Below, one piece after another: positions 45,237-56,257 of a DNA stretch of 64,000 nt. The notes below the pieces were generated by a model that was not told the DNA's origin, made no database searches, and saw only the letters and a program-made list of their open reading frames with translations. This DNA is from an uncultured Methanoregulaceae archaeon. GTDB taxonomy: Archaea; Halobacteriota; Methanomicrobia; Methanomicrobiales; Methanospirillaceae. Numbering within the stretch: the first letter of the stretch is position 1; the number at the start of each line of letters is the position of its first letter. The position numbers were made by a program, and so were the translations under genes. Location: contig CAWJAX010000003.1 of assembly GCA_963841015.1 (NCBI GenBank), forward strand, positions 96,001 to 160,000, written 5' to 3'.

Positions 45237-46846
45237 CGGATCACCAGCTTCCGTTCAAAAACCCGGTTAAAGAGTTCACTTTTCAGAAGAGCATGTTCTT
45301 TTTCTGCTGTTATGTCGCGTTGTGCAGAAATTTCAAGAATTATTTCATGCGGGTGTATGGTACAGTGAATGGATTCTGATGATCCAAGATGGAGATAATC
45401 CAGACCATCAGCAACCCGAAGGAAAGCAGCAAGCATTAAAACATTATTGCGATCATCAGAGGAAAGGAGGGAAAAAAATCCCTCTGATTCAAAACGGATT
45501 TTTCCCCGGTGGGCTTTTGCAACAATGCCGATAATTCCCCGATCAATAATGTCCAGGGGAAGATTCTCATGTGAGAGTATCATCTCTGCACTGCGTCCGG
45601 AATGCCCTTTTTTTCCGAATTTCCACCCAATATCATGCAACTGACCTGCACACTCAAGTAAGAACCGCTCACGTGCCCCCATCCGGTGCAGTGGTTCAAG
45701 ATCGTCAAACAGCCTAAGGGCAAGATCAGTTACGTTACGACTATGTACTAATCCTTCAGCATAGAGTGCGGCAAGATTGGATACTGCAAGTCTGATATCG
45801 TTATCATGATAAACACCCGAAAACCGGTAGGTGAGTTTCCTTTCGGTGTCCAGATTTTTTCGGAGTTCATCCCAGAGCCGGAAACGCCGGAGTGAGTCCC
45901 ATAACCGTACAAATCGCTGGTAAAGTATTTTTCGTTCTTTCTCCCGTTCAGCCAGGAAATGTTTGTACTTGGTTACTTTACTCACCCGTATATTTTTTCG
46001 CCCGGGAGTTGCCTGAGAGGTTAACCGTTCCTTTACAAGCATGACCATCACCTGATCAATCCAGACATCACAATCATGTAAATCTCCCAGTATTTCCTGT
46101 ATCTTTTTTACACGGGAGAGAGGTTTTTTGAGACCCCTCCTGTAGAGCGGACCGTAAACCTCTATGGTATACCTGAGTTTTTTTGCTGCAATTCGTATGG
46201 CATGGTGTTCTGCAATGGCATCCGGATTATGAACCCATCCTTCATACGAGAGCAGTTTGGAAAGACGTATTGCGATGCGGGAAGCAGCTACCGGTGCGAT
46301 TCCATACGGGGATGGTTTCTTCCTGGTTCTTGTTGCCCGTATTTCCATATCATGAAAAAAAATCCGCATCTCATCAATTACACCACTGTTTTCCAGTTTT
46401 TCAAGTGATGAGACTACAACAGTCTGGAGTTTTGAGCGTTTTTTCTGCAATCCTGAGAGAAGAATAGTCTCCACATCGGCGTTCAAATGAATCGACAGAG
46501 ATATATCTGGTGTATTTGCGTGCATTCTGGCCTGTCGCTTTTTGATGAGTTTTGTTAAAAACGCAATTTGGACATCAGTATCCCGGGCTTCACCCAGTGC
46601 CCGGGCAACCTTTCGTATCTCCTCCATCCATTGCAGGTATTTTTTTTCAGGAAAGCATGAAGCAAAGAGTGGTAGTGCAGCGCGTAACCGGCGGGATGCA
46701 ACCCTCATACGGTGGATATGTTCGATGTCCTGAGCATTTCTGACTCCGTCAATCTCTTTTGAAAATGCATCGAGAAGGGGGAGAATCCGTTGAACACCGA
46801 AAATACATTCCGCTTTTAAGGGGTCAGGTTCCTTAATTACGGTCAT
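45233..46846 (-). CDS. CHAD-domain protein fused to a Ppx-type HD domain
   Basis: IHRMRVASRRLR, LGEARDTDV, HAIRIAAKKLRY and LGDLHDCDV (CHAD); C-terminal LHDIG...LRVADGLD (HD). Confidence 0.9.
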   Translation of the reverse strand: MTVIKEPDPLKAECIFGVQRILPLLDAFSKEIDGVRNAQDIEHIHRMRVASRRLRAALPLFASCFPEKKYLQWMEEIRKVARALGEARDTDVQIAFLTKLIKKRQARMHANTPDISLSIHLNADVETILLSGLQKKRSKLQTVVVSSLEKLENSGVIDEMRIFFHDMEIRATRTRKKPSPYGIAPVAASRIAIRLSKLLSYEGWVHNPDAIAEHHAIRIAAKKLRYTIEVYGPLYRRGLKKPLSRVKKIQEILGDLHDCDVWIDQVMVMLVKERLTSQATPGRKNIRVSKVTKYKHFLAEREKERKILYQRFVRLWDSLRRFRLWDELRKNLDTERKLTYRFSGVYHDNDIRLAVSNLAALYAEGLVHSRNVTDLALRLFDDLEPLHRMGARERFLLECAGQLHDIGWKFGKKGHSGRSAEMILSHENLPLDIIDRGIIGIVAKAHRGKIRFESEGFFSLLSSDDRNNVLMLAAFLRVADGLDYLHLGSSESIHCTIHPHEIILEISAQRDITAEKEHALLKSELFNRVFERKLVIR

Positions 46847-48935
46847 TATACCAGCTTCCCCTATGATCGACCAGCCATGATTGCGCATTCAGAGCTGGCA
46901 TAGCCTCGGAAGGTTCGCGACGTTCGTAAGAACCATCACTTTTTAAAAGGCGACTCTTGATGGTGTCCTGAAGTTGTACAGGAAGAATCGTTGAAATGAT
47001 TGCATTTCGGTTTTTAATATTCTCAATAGGGAAAAGGATTTCCACTCTGCGGTCAAGGTTCCGTGGCATCAGATCGGCACTTCCTAAAAATACCTCTTCA
47101 TTGCCACCATTATGGAAATAATAAATACGGGCATGTTCAAGGAACCGTCCGACAATGGATGTTACGGTAATATTTTCACTTACCCCGGTAATTCCAGGAC
47201 GCAGGCAACAGATTCCCCGGACCTGCAAATCCACTTTTACCCCGGCCTGCGATGCACGATAGAGTGCAGCAATGCAGAGCTGATCGATCAGTGCATTCAT
47301 CTTGAAAATAATGTGCCCATCTCCCCGCTCGTGGTGATGGGCAATTTCCCGGTCTATCCTGTCAATAATCTCATTGCGTAAGGTAACCGGAGCAACCAGC
47401 AGTTTCTGGTAATTCGTAATCCTTGCGTACCCGGTGAGCAGATTGAATACGTTTGCAACATCATCACCTTTTTCTTTATCACAGGTAAAAAGGCCAAAAT
47501 CTGTATAAATTCTGCTTGTGGTGGCGTTATAATTGCCGGTACCCAGATGCAGGTAACGTCGTATTCCATCTTTCTCACGACGAACAACCATACAGAGTTT
47601 TGAATGGACTTTGAGTCCTACCACGCCGTAGACAACATGGACCCCTTCATTTTCAAGTGCACGTGCCCATCCGATGTTATTTTCTTCGTCAAACCTTGCT
47701 TTCAGTTCGATTAATGCAGCTACATCTTTTCCGTTCTCGCGTGCTTCCAGAAGGGCATTCACGATGGGGGACTTTGAACCGACACGGTACAGGGTCATCT
47801 TGATAGCAAGAACGTCCGGATCATATGCGGCCTGGCGCAGGAAATTTACTACAGGTGAGAAACTATCGTAAGGGTGATATAAAAGAATGTCATGATGGCG
47901 GATTGCAGAAAAGATGTCGGTACCTTCTGCCAGATCTGACGGGAGGGAAGGCTGGAAAGGTATATCTTTCAGATCCGGACGGTCAAGAGCGAGGAGCTGC
48001 ATGAGATCAGCCATCCCGATAGGATGACCGACACGGTAGAGCATATTGGGCGTTACTCCCAGTTTCTTTTCAAGCATATGGCAGATCCCGTCATGCATGG
48101 AACACTCAAGCTCGATACGTACCGGTTTTCCCCGTGCACGCTGCTCCATCACCTCCTCAACAGTTGTGAGAAGGTCAGAAGCATCATCTACCTCGATATC
48201 GATATCGGCATCACGGGTAATCCTGAATGGAGAAGATGCAATAACTTCCATTCCCGGGAAAAGCTTGTCGAGATTTGCTGAAATGAGATCTTCAAGGTAA
48301 ACATAATGTACAGACGCGTCACCCCCGGATTCCCCGCTGTTTTCAGGGGGAATTTTTATAAGTCTTGAAAAGAGGTTTGTCGGAACTTTAACCCTTGCAA
48401 AAAAATCCTTGTTGTTCTGGTTTCGTACAACAATTGCAAGGTTAAGTGAACGATTTGAAATAAATGGAAACGGATGAGCGCTGTCAAAGACAAGGGGTGT
48501 CAGGACGGGAAAAATCTCATCAATAAAGTATTTACGCATCTGTTCTTTTTGCCGGTCTGGAAGATCTGTATACAGATGAATATAGATCCCTTCGGTTGCA
48601 AGTTTCGGTAAAATATCCTTGTGCCAGGTATCATACAGCATTGAAAGATCAGGAAGAAGCATCTGCCGGATTGCCTCCAGCTGTTGTTGAGGTGTCATCC
48701 CATCCGGAGGTGATTTAAGGACACCTTTTTCCAGTTGGCGCTGGAGACCCGAAACCCGGACCATGAAGTATTCATCCAGATTGTTGGCAAATATCGCCAG
48801 GAACTTCACCCGTTCAAGCAAGGGATGGCTTTCATCCCTGGCCTCATCCAGAACATGCCGGTTGAACCGGGTCCAGCTTACCTCACGGTTAATATACAGT
48901 GTTGAATTTTCCAGATCAATTACTTCATTATCCAT
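46833..48935 (-). CDS. ppk1: Polyphosphate kinase 1
   Basis: NREVSW, NLDEYFMVRV, HPFPFISN, HPYDSF, ELKARFDEENNI, GTGNYN, GRFLEH and SADLMPRNL motifs. Confidence 0.97.
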   Translation of the reverse strand: MDNEVIDLENSTLYINREVSWTRFNRHVLDEARDESHPLLERVKFLAIFANNLDEYFMVRVSGLQRQLEKGVLKSPPDGMTPQQQLEAIRQMLLPDLSMLYDTWHKDILPKLATEGIYIHLYTDLPDRQKEQMRKYFIDEIFPVLTPLVFDSAHPFPFISNRSLNLAIVVRNQNNKDFFARVKVPTNLFSRLIKIPPENSGESGGDASVHYVYLEDLISANLDKLFPGMEVIASSPFRITRDADIDIEVDDASDLLTTVEEVMEQRARGKPVRIELECSMHDGICHMLEKKLGVTPNMLYRVGHPIGMADLMQLLALDRPDLKDIPFQPSLPSDLAEGTDIFSAIRHHDILLYHPYDSFSPVVNFLRQAAYDPDVLAIKMTLYRVGSKSPIVNALLEARENGKDVAALIELKARFDEENNIGWARALENEGVHVVYGVVGLKVHSKLCMVVRREKDGIRRYLHLGTGNYNATTSRIYTDFGLFTCDKEKGDDVANVFNLLTGYARITNYQKLLVAPVTLRNEIIDRIDREIAHHHERGDGHIIFKMNALIDQLCIAALYRASQAGVKVDLQVRGICCLRPGITGVSENITVTSIVGRFLEHARIYYFHNGGNEEVFLGSADLMPRNLDRRVEILFPIENIKNRNAIISTILPVQLQDTIKSRLLKSDGSYERREPSEAMPALNAQSWLVDHRGSWYNDRN

Positions 48936-49089
48936 GGAGTGCCCTCAATACGATATCGGCAAATATCCCCTGTATAGGGAACAAACTGATATCTTCTGGT
49001 AAATATTATACTTCCTTTGTTGGGTATATATTTAGATATATTGTCCTCGTTCACAGACGAAAAAAGAAAAATTTCAGTGAAGTTTGGAG

Positions 49090-49764
49090 TTACCCATTGA
49101 AATTATGGAATTTGTGGCAGTGTTCAATGAACTCCTGTTTTCGGTGTTCGCTTGAATGTACCGGGGGCCGGAGATACCCGATTTCAGGAGTCTGGAGGGC
49201 CGGACAAAAAGGGCAGAGCGCTGCATCCACATCATTGGCTTTTTCCCGTACCGGGCAATAGTAGATCCCACTGATAAACTGGACAGAGTCACCTCCAGGA
49301 AATGGTGTTCCTGCCGGATGTCCTGGTTCATTCATCACAAGCATACAGAACCCGGCAAGGAGATATTTTAAGAACCGGATTTCAGGTGCATCTCCTCCGA
49401 CATCCCTCTGGCATTGCTCTGCTGTCATATCCCAGTACTTTTTCTGATGCTCAGTGACGGGTTCGCACATTGTTTTGAAAACAGCCTGTTGTCGTAAAAG
49501 GCGTATCCGCTGGTAGGTTCCCAGCAGGTGTTCGGTGATCTTTTTTCCGAGCTGGTCCCGGTATTCCGGTGTTATGTCCTGGATCTTGTTGTTAAAATTC
49601 TGTTTCATCCGCTGGATTTCAACCGGTGAATGCTGCAACACAAGGAGCGAAATGCGTTCTCCCAGATCACCCCGGTTTTTTGCCTGTTGTAATTCACGGC
49701 ATTTCTGATCAATAGTTTGTTGACCGGCAGAGGTACCAGGTGGATTATTGAGCGTGCTGGACAT
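49090..49764 (-). CDS. DUF2115 (UPF0305) family protein
   Basis: EPGHPAGTPFPGG, YYCPVREK and CPFCPA motifs. Confidence 0.88.
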   Translation of the reverse strand: MSSTLNNPPGTSAGQQTIDQKCRELQQAKNRGDLGERISLLVLQHSPVEIQRMKQNFNNKIQDITPEYRDQLGKKITEHLLGTYQRIRLLRQQAVFKTMCEPVTEHQKKYWDMTAEQCQRDVGGDAPEIRFLKYLLAGFCMLVMNEPGHPAGTPFPGGDSVQFISGIYYCPVREKANDVDAALCPFCPALQTPEIGYLRPPVHSSEHRKQEFIEHCHKFHNFNG

Positions 49765-49896
49765 TTTATCAGGATATGGTTGTTGTGAATACTATGAGGA
49801 TTAGTACCATATACTTTTGTGGAATCAGATTCACTGGTATGTCCGAATGTTTTTATATTCTCCTTCCCTACTCCATACTATGGTGATTTGCCATGA

Positions 49897-51411
49897 GTGA
49901 ATGTTTTATTTGTTGAAAACCTGCGCTTTTTAGACACTACATTACGGGACGGGGAACAGACCCCGGGTGTTTCGTTAAACCCGAACCAGAAATGCGAGAT
50001 TGCAACAAGACTTGCCGATATAGGCATTGATGTTATCGAAGTTGGTTCTGCTGCTGCTTCAGAAGGCGAGCGGGATGCAATAAAGGTCATATCAGAGGCC
50101 GGACTTTCTGCTGAGATTTGTACCTATGTCCGGGCTCTTCGGCAGGATATCGATTTTGCCGCAGACTTTGGTGCAGATTCGGTTCATCTTGTCATACCAG
50201 TAAGTGACCTGCATATAGCAAAAAAAATGAGAAAGACCCGTGCTCAGGTCGCAGAGATGGCATATGATTCTATAGAGTATGCGAAGAGCCGGGGGCTCAT
50301 CGTGGAACTTTCCGGTGAAGATGCCTCAAGGGCTGATCAGGTGTTCCTGCAGGGGATTTTTTCCGAAGGTGTTCTCCGCGGAGCAGACCGGCTCTGTTTC
50401 TGTGATACGGTCGGACTCCTGACTCCTGAAAAGGTAGCAGACTTTATCCCCCCGCTTGCATCCATCGCACCGCTCTCCATCCACTGTCATGACGATCTTG
50501 GTTTTGCGCTTACCAACACGATGGCGGCCCTGAAGTCAGGTGCTTCCTGTGCCCATGTGACCGTTAATGGTCTTGGCGAGCGGGCAGGCAATACCCCGCT
50601 TGAAGAGGTTGTCATGGCGCTTGAGATCCTCTACAACTATCACACAGGTATCAAAAAAGAGGAGATCTACCATCTTTCTACGCTGGTCTCGCGTTTGACC
50701 GGTGTCCCGTTGCCAGTCAACAAGGCAATTGTAGGTGAGATGGCCTTTACTCATGAAAGTGGTATCCATGCCCATGGGGTGATGCGTGAACCATCAACCT
50801 ACGAGTCGATCAAACCAGAAATGATTGGGAGGAAGCGCCGTATTGTGCTTGGAAAGCATTCGGGCACAGCATCCGTAGAATCTGCACTCAATGAGATGAG
50901 TTACAAGGCAGATGACCTTCAGATAAAAGAGATCGTTACAAGGATCAAGCAGCTGGGGGATGCAGGCAAACGGGTAACTGATACTGATCTGATGGCGATT
51001 GCCGATGCAGTGCTGGCTATCGAAAGTAAACCGATCATCACTATGCGACAATTTACCGCCTTGTCCGGCAGCAATATGATCCCGACCGCTTCTGTTACGC
51101 TTGTAGTAAATGGGCAGGAAATGACTGGCGCAGCTACCGGTGATGGACCTGTTGATGCGGCAATGGAAGTACTGCGCAAATGTGTTGCAGATGTAGCTGA
51201 TATCCGGCTTGAAGAGTACCATGTGGATGCCATCCAGGGTGGAACAGATGCACTGGTCGACGTAACAGTAAGATTAAGTAAAGACGGGAAGATAATTACT
51301 TCACGCGGCGCTCGCACGGACATCATTATGGCAAGTGTCGAGGCGATGATCGCCGGCATGAACAGACTATTGAGGGAGGAACATGAAAACCGGGGCAAAA
51401 ATCCTCGTTGA
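49897..51411 (+). CDS. cimA: (R)-citramalate synthase (LeuA/CimA family)
   Basis: [38 protein letters not shown] and a regulatory domain; CimA-type N-terminus; upstream of ilvB. LeuA is not excluded. Confidence 0.8.
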   Translation: MNVLFVENLRFLDTTLRDGEQTPGVSLNPNQKCEIATRLADIGIDVIEVGSAAASEGERDAIKVISEAGLSAEICTYVRALRQDIDFAADFGADSVHLVIPVSDLHIAKKMRKTRAQVAEMAYDSIEYAKSRGLIVELSGEDASRADQVFLQGIFSEGVLRGADRLCFCDTVGLLTPEKVADFIPPLASIAPLSIHCHDDLGFALTNTMAALKSGASCAHVTVNGLGERAGNTPLEEVVMALEILYNYHTGIKKEEIYHLSTLVSRLTGVPLPVNKAIVGEMAFTHESGIHAHGVMREPSTYESIKPEMIGRKRRIVLGKHSGTASVESALNEMSYKADDLQIKEIVTRIKQLGDAGKRVTDTDLMAIADAVLAIESKPIITMRQFTALSGSNMIPTASVTLVVNGQEMTGAATGDGPVDAAMEVLRKCVADVADIRLEEYHVDAIQGGTDALVDVTVRLSKDGKIITSRGARTDIIMASVEAMIAGMNRLLREEHENRGKNPR

Positions 51412-53050
51412 ATCACTGCAGCGCGAAGGAGTCGAGATCATCTTTGGCTACCCTGGCGGTGTGGTGCTGCCGATCTATGATGAACTCTACAATTCATCAC
51501 TGCGGCACATTCTGGTACGGCACGAACAGGCAGCAGCGCATGCCGCGGACGGGTATGCACGGGCGAGCGGTCGTGTAGGGGTATGCCTCGCTACATCAGG
51601 CCCTGGAGCATGTAATCTCGTAACCGGTATCGCCACGGCATATATGGACTCAGTTCCCCTTGTTGCACTTACCGGGCAGGTTCCTACAAACCTGCTGGGG
51701 AATGATGCCTTTCAGGAATCTGACATAACCGGCATTACCATGCCGATTACCAAGCATAATTATCTTGTCAAGGATACTGCCGATCTCGGGCGGGTAGTTC
51801 AGGAAGCGTTCTATATTGCGGGAACCGGCCGGGTCCCGTCCTGATCGATATCCCCAAAGATGTGAGTACAAAGGTCATCAAAGCACCTCCTGTCCCAGAA
51901 AAGGTGATATTACGCGGGTACAACCCGACCTATCGCGGTCACAAACGCCAGATCGAAAAGGCACTTCAGCTGATCACCGCAGCCGAACGACCGGTGATCT
52001 ATGCCGGTGGTGGCGTTATGTTATCCAATGCATCCGCCGAGCTCGTGGATTTTGCAACACATCTGGGTATTCCTGTCACAACTACTCTTATGGGAATCGG
52101 ATGTATTCCCGGGGATCACCCGCTCAACCTGGGTATGCTCGGGATGCATGGCACGGAATATGCCAACTTCGCCATCACGGAAAGTGATGTGCTGTTTTCA
52201 ATCGGTGTGCGTTTTGATGACCGCGTAACCGGTAAGACAGATACATTTGCACCCCATGCAAAAATCATTCATATCGATATTGATCCTGCAGAAATCGGGA
52301 AAAACAAGCGTGTTGATGTGCCGGTTGTCGGGGACGTAAAGGCTGTCTTACAGGATATGCTCTCGATGCTGAAAAAGAACGGCCAAAAGGATACCTGGCT
52401 TAAGAAGATAAAACACTGGAAACAGCATCACCCGCTCAAGTGTCCGCAGGATGGCAGGCTTCACCCGCAGTATGTGATTCGGCAGATGAGCGAGCTCTTG
52501 GAAGGTAATGCGATCATTGTGTCAGAAGTCGGGCAGAACCAGATGTGGACAGCCCAGCACTATTGCTTCAAACATCCACGGACCTGGATAACCAGCGGAG
52601 GGCTTGGTACGATGGGGTACGGTCTTCCTGCAGCTATGGGAGCGCACTTTGCACGGCCTGACCTTCCCGTTTTCGATGTTGCCGGTGATGGAAGCATCCA
52701 GATGAACATCCAGGAGTTTGGTACAATCTCCCACAACAAAATCCCGGTCAAGATTGCGATCCTCAACAACAGGTTCCTCGGCATGGTGCGACAGTGGCAG
52801 GAGCTTTCTATGACCGGCGCTATTCATTCACCGAGCTTCCCCCGTTGAGTTTGTCAAGATCGCCAATGCGTACGGTATTGAGGGTGTTAAAGTGGAATCT
52901 CCTGATGAGGTGATGCCTGCACTTAAGGCCGCACTTGACTGTGATGGTCCGTTTGTCATGGACTTCCGGATCGAACGCGAAGAGAATGTGTTCCCCATGG
53001 TTCCTGCCGGTGCTGCAATCAATGAGATGATAGGGGGACACCCAAGATGA
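51383..53050 (+). CDS. ilvB: Acetolactate synthase large subunit with three small deletions (probable sequencing errors)
   Basis: [34 protein letters not shown] and GDGS motifs; a CCGG is missing near 51830, and single bases near 52806 and 52841, after which the frame continues VEFVKIA...VFPMVP to a stop at 53050. Confidence 0.92.
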
Positions 53051-53550
53051 AACCGCACACGCTATCCATACTGGTCGAGAACAAGGCCGGTGTCCTTTCA
53101 AGGGTTACCGGTCTCTTCTCCCGGCGAGGATTTAATATCGAGAGCCTTGCGGTGGGTCCCTGCGAGGAGCCCGGTATGAGCCGGATTACCATTGTCGTGA
53201 TCGGTGATGATGAAAAAATTGAACAGGTAATGAAGCAGCTCAATAAACTCATTGATATCATCAAGGTCTCTGATTTGACAGAAAATGAGCGGGTGGAACG
53301 GGAACTCGCCCTTATCAAGGTGACCGCAGAACAAGGTACTTCCCGTGCTGAGATCATGCAGATTGCCTCAATTTTCCGGGCACAGATAGTTGATGTTGGA
53401 GCTAAGTCCCTTATTCTTCAGGTAATTGGCGATACGGAAAAGATCGATGCTCTGGAAAAACTGCTCCGTCAGTACGGTGTAAAGGAATTTGTCCGGACAG
53501 GAACGATCGGTATTCTCCGCGGATCAAAGACTGTAACAAGCGGAAAATAA
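53047..53550 (+). CDS. ilvH: Acetolactate synthase small subunit
   Basis: LVENKAGVLSRVTGLFSRRGFNIESL and KQLNKLIDIIKV (ACT domain). Confidence 0.96.
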   Translation: MKPHTLSILVENKAGVLSRVTGLFSRRGFNIESLAVGPCEEPGMSRITIVVIGDDEKIEQVMKQLNKLIDIIKVSDLTENERVERELALIKVTAEQGTSRAEIMQIASIFRAQIVDVGAKSLILQVIGDTEKIDALEKLLRQYGVKEFVRTGTIGILRGSKTVTSGK

Positions 53551-53558
53551 TTTTTTTT
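53550..53558 (+). terminator. U-tract terminator of the cimA-ilvB-ilvH operon
   Basis: Run of T immediately after the ilvH stop codon. Confidence 0.5.
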
Positions 53559-54034
53559 ACAATGTTGAAAATATGAGTTTTCATAAATTACCCTGAAAAC
53601 TTTTTAAAAAGTGTCCGGAGAAAACAGACAAGAATTTTGTTCGATTCACTCCAAAACAACGAATATCCATCCGTTTATTTATGATGGATATCCGCCCCAG
53701 GGACTCTTTAGAGGCACGGCGGCAGGAGGATTTTTTGAATTTTCATTCCCCGATCCGCCGCAAGGGTGCCTTTGTGTGCTGCCGTTGCAACCATTGTTCG
53801 AGATGGGGAGAGGTAACAAATTCAGAATCAGATCTGAACACAATGATTTTCACGGGAAACGTGCATGAATCAAAGACTCAGGCAAAATTATGAATAATCC
53901 TCAGTCTTTCGTCGTAATTCCTTAAATTATTCTGTGAAATGGTGTTGGTAAACACTGTGACGTATGATGTTTCATTTCACGGGGTACTGGAGTTCAGTCC
54001 CGGAGTACACAAAAACCGTAAGGGGTGAGGAGAC

Positions 54035-54418
54035 TTACTTTTTTTTCGCAAGGGTATCAAGAGAAATCTCGATTACGGTATGAAGTTCGTTTTCGGTAAA
54101 CGGTTTCAGGATATATCCATAGGGAACGCTGGCACCAACTCTCTCCAGAGTTTTAGCGTCACATATTGCTGTAATATAAATTACCGGAATATGATATTTT
54201 TTCCTGATGGTAGCAGCTGCTTCTACACCATCCATCTTTCCGGCAAGTTCGATGTCCATCAGGACAATATCCGGACGCAGCTCCCCGGCCTTCTGTATGG
54301 CATCTTCTGCTATAGTCTCGGATCCTACCACATGGTAGCCAAATTTTTTGAGCATTATATTCAGAGTTTCGGCTACTTCAGCTTCATCCTCAACAACCAA
54401 TATTTTTGCCCGTGTCAT
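54035..54418 (-). CDS. Single-domain response regulator (receiver)
   Basis: ILVVEDE, PDIVLMDI.L.G.MDG, PVIYITA and GYILKPF motifs. Confidence 0.93.
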   Translation of the reverse strand: MTRAKILVVEDEAEVAETLNIMLKKFGYHVVGSETIAEDAIQKAGELRPDIVLMDIELAGKMDGVEAAATIRKKYHIPVIYITAICDAKTLERVGASVPYGYILKPFTENELHTVIEISLDTLAKKK

Positions 54419-54815
54419 GATGTAATGTTTATGATTTTGTTGAAGGGTTATTTGAATTGATTGATTTATGCTTGGTTTAATGTACGTTATTTTTTTTTGG
54501 ATCGTTTCTATAAGTTTTTTGAATTTGCATATCAGACCGCAAAAGTGTCACTATTATATCTTTCAAAAATATTCGAGAATTTCTTTAGTCACCAGTCCCC
54601 AACATCGTAGGGAATTTTCGCGTCATCGTATTAATGGGCATTATTTCAACTACTGGCCAGCTTATGCTCACAATTAGCGCGATGGTTTCCTAAGATCTTT
54701 ACAAAAAAAGTTTTTAGGAAACAAGACCCGCTGGCACATCGCAAAACATACTTTCTCTAAAAAAAAAATTCCCACCACGCGAACCATTTAAATCCTGCAG
54801 GCTAACGTATCTGTA

Positions 54816-56132
54816 GTGAAAACTGCAATTCTGGGGGGGGGTCTTTCCGGGCTTACGCTCGCCCGGCTCCTGCAGGAACAAGGCGAAGAGGTAACGGTTC
54901 TTGAAGCGGAGCCGGAATATGGGGGATTGTGTCGGTCAAAAACCGATCAGGGATTTACTTTTGATACCGGCGGTTCACACATCATCTTCTCCCGTGATGA
55001 TGAAGTACTCGCGTTCATGCGCAGGATGATTGCCGGTAATGAAGAACGCAACAACCGCACCACGAAAATTTTTTATAAGCAGCAATTTGTGAAATATCCC
55101 TTTGAAAACGGACTATCTGATTTGCCCCAGGAAGACCGGTTTTTATGTATCAACGAATTTATTAAGACCCTGATTGCAGTTGGAAAGGGTGAGATTCCGC
55201 CACCCGCAAACTTTCGGGAATGGATATACTATACATTCGGTAGCGGTATTGCCGAATGTTACATGATTCCTTACAATGAGAAAATCTGGAAGTATCCGAC
55301 CGACAAAATGTCCCTTCACTGGGTTGACGGGCGCATTCCCCGTCCTCCTGTTGAGGATATAATAAAATCCGCGATTGGAATCAACACCGAAGGATACACC
55401 CATCAGGCAATTTTTTCCTACCCGCTTGACGGCGGGATTAAAGCACTCGTGCGTGCAATCGCACAACCCATTGAACCGTGTATTAAAACCGGATTCAGGG
55501 TTACATCGATCATAAAATCTGGTGAGAAATGGCAGATCAGCAATGGTGATGAACGTATGCAGGCAGACCGGTGCATCTGCACGATGCCGGTGCAACACCT
55601 GTTGTCCTGCCTTAATGATGTCCCCCCCGATGTGAAAAATGCGGCAGACGGATTAACGTATAATTCGCTGGTGTGTGTCAATATCGGGATCCGCGGATAC
55701 GTGCCGGAAATTTCCTGGATTTATATTCCTGATCCTGCTGTGGGAAGGACAAACCGGATCTCCTTCCCTTCAGGGTACAGCCGCCATGCTGCCCCGGCTG
55801 GCTGCAGTGCGATCCTTGCTGAAATAACTCACCAGCCCGGAGATGACATTGCCAGTCTGACTGATGATAAACTCAAAAGCGAAGTCGTTGACATGCTCCA
55901 GAGCATGCAAATCCTGCATAAGGATCAGATTATCTATATTTCTGTGGAGCGGCAGCCTTTTGCCTATGTGGTCTATGATCTTGATTACCAGAAAAATATC
56001 GCAATTATAAAAGCGTATTGCATGAAAATTGGTATTCCGCTTATTGGCAGATTCGCGCAATTCGAGTATCTGAATATGGATGGTTGCATCAGAAGTGTAT
56101 TGGATTATGTCGCAAAGAAGAAACAGCGGTAA
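54816..56132 (+). CDS. FAD-dependent oxidoreductase, UDP-galactopyranose mutase / protoporphyrinogen oxidase-like
   Basis: GGGLSGL Rossmann motif, GGLCRS, FDTGGSHIIFS, PYNEKIW and GRFAQFEYLNMD. Confidence 0.85.
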   Translation: MKTAILGGGLSGLTLARLLQEQGEEVTVLEAEPEYGGLCRSKTDQGFTFDTGGSHIIFSRDDEVLAFMRRMIAGNEERNNRTTKIFYKQQFVKYPFENGLSDLPQEDRFLCINEFIKTLIAVGKGEIPPPANFREWIYYTFGSGIAECYMIPYNEKIWKYPTDKMSLHWVDGRIPRPPVEDIIKSAIGINTEGYTHQAIFSYPLDGGIKALVRAIAQPIEPCIKTGFRVTSIIKSGEKWQISNGDERMQADRCICTMPVQHLLSCLNDVPPDVKNAADGLTYNSLVCVNIGIRGYVPEISWIYIPDPAVGRTNRISFPSGYSRHAAPAGCSAILAEITHQPGDDIASLTDDKLKSEVVDMLQSMQILHKDQIIYISVERQPFAYVVYDLDYQKNIAIIKAYCMKIGIPLIGRFAQFEYLNMDGCIRSVLDYVAKKKQR

Positions 56133-56257
56133 TCGCTGTCATTGATATTTCCTTTACTGGGGTTATAATGGCCTGATAAACTGATTACGATGTAATCTCA
56201 TCGAACATCACCCTTATTATCAGTAAACATAAACAGTGTACAGGAGTTTTTTTCCCA

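Noticed and set aside
51383-53050. ilvB as a true pseudogene
   Set aside because: The deletions are in a CCGG tandem and in T and C homopolymers, the protein is otherwise intact and the rest of the operon is complete; sequencing error is more likely.
53611-53893. Short ORFs after ilvH, one with CCRCNHC
   Set aside because: No recognisable family or supporting signal; cannot be supported from sequence alone.
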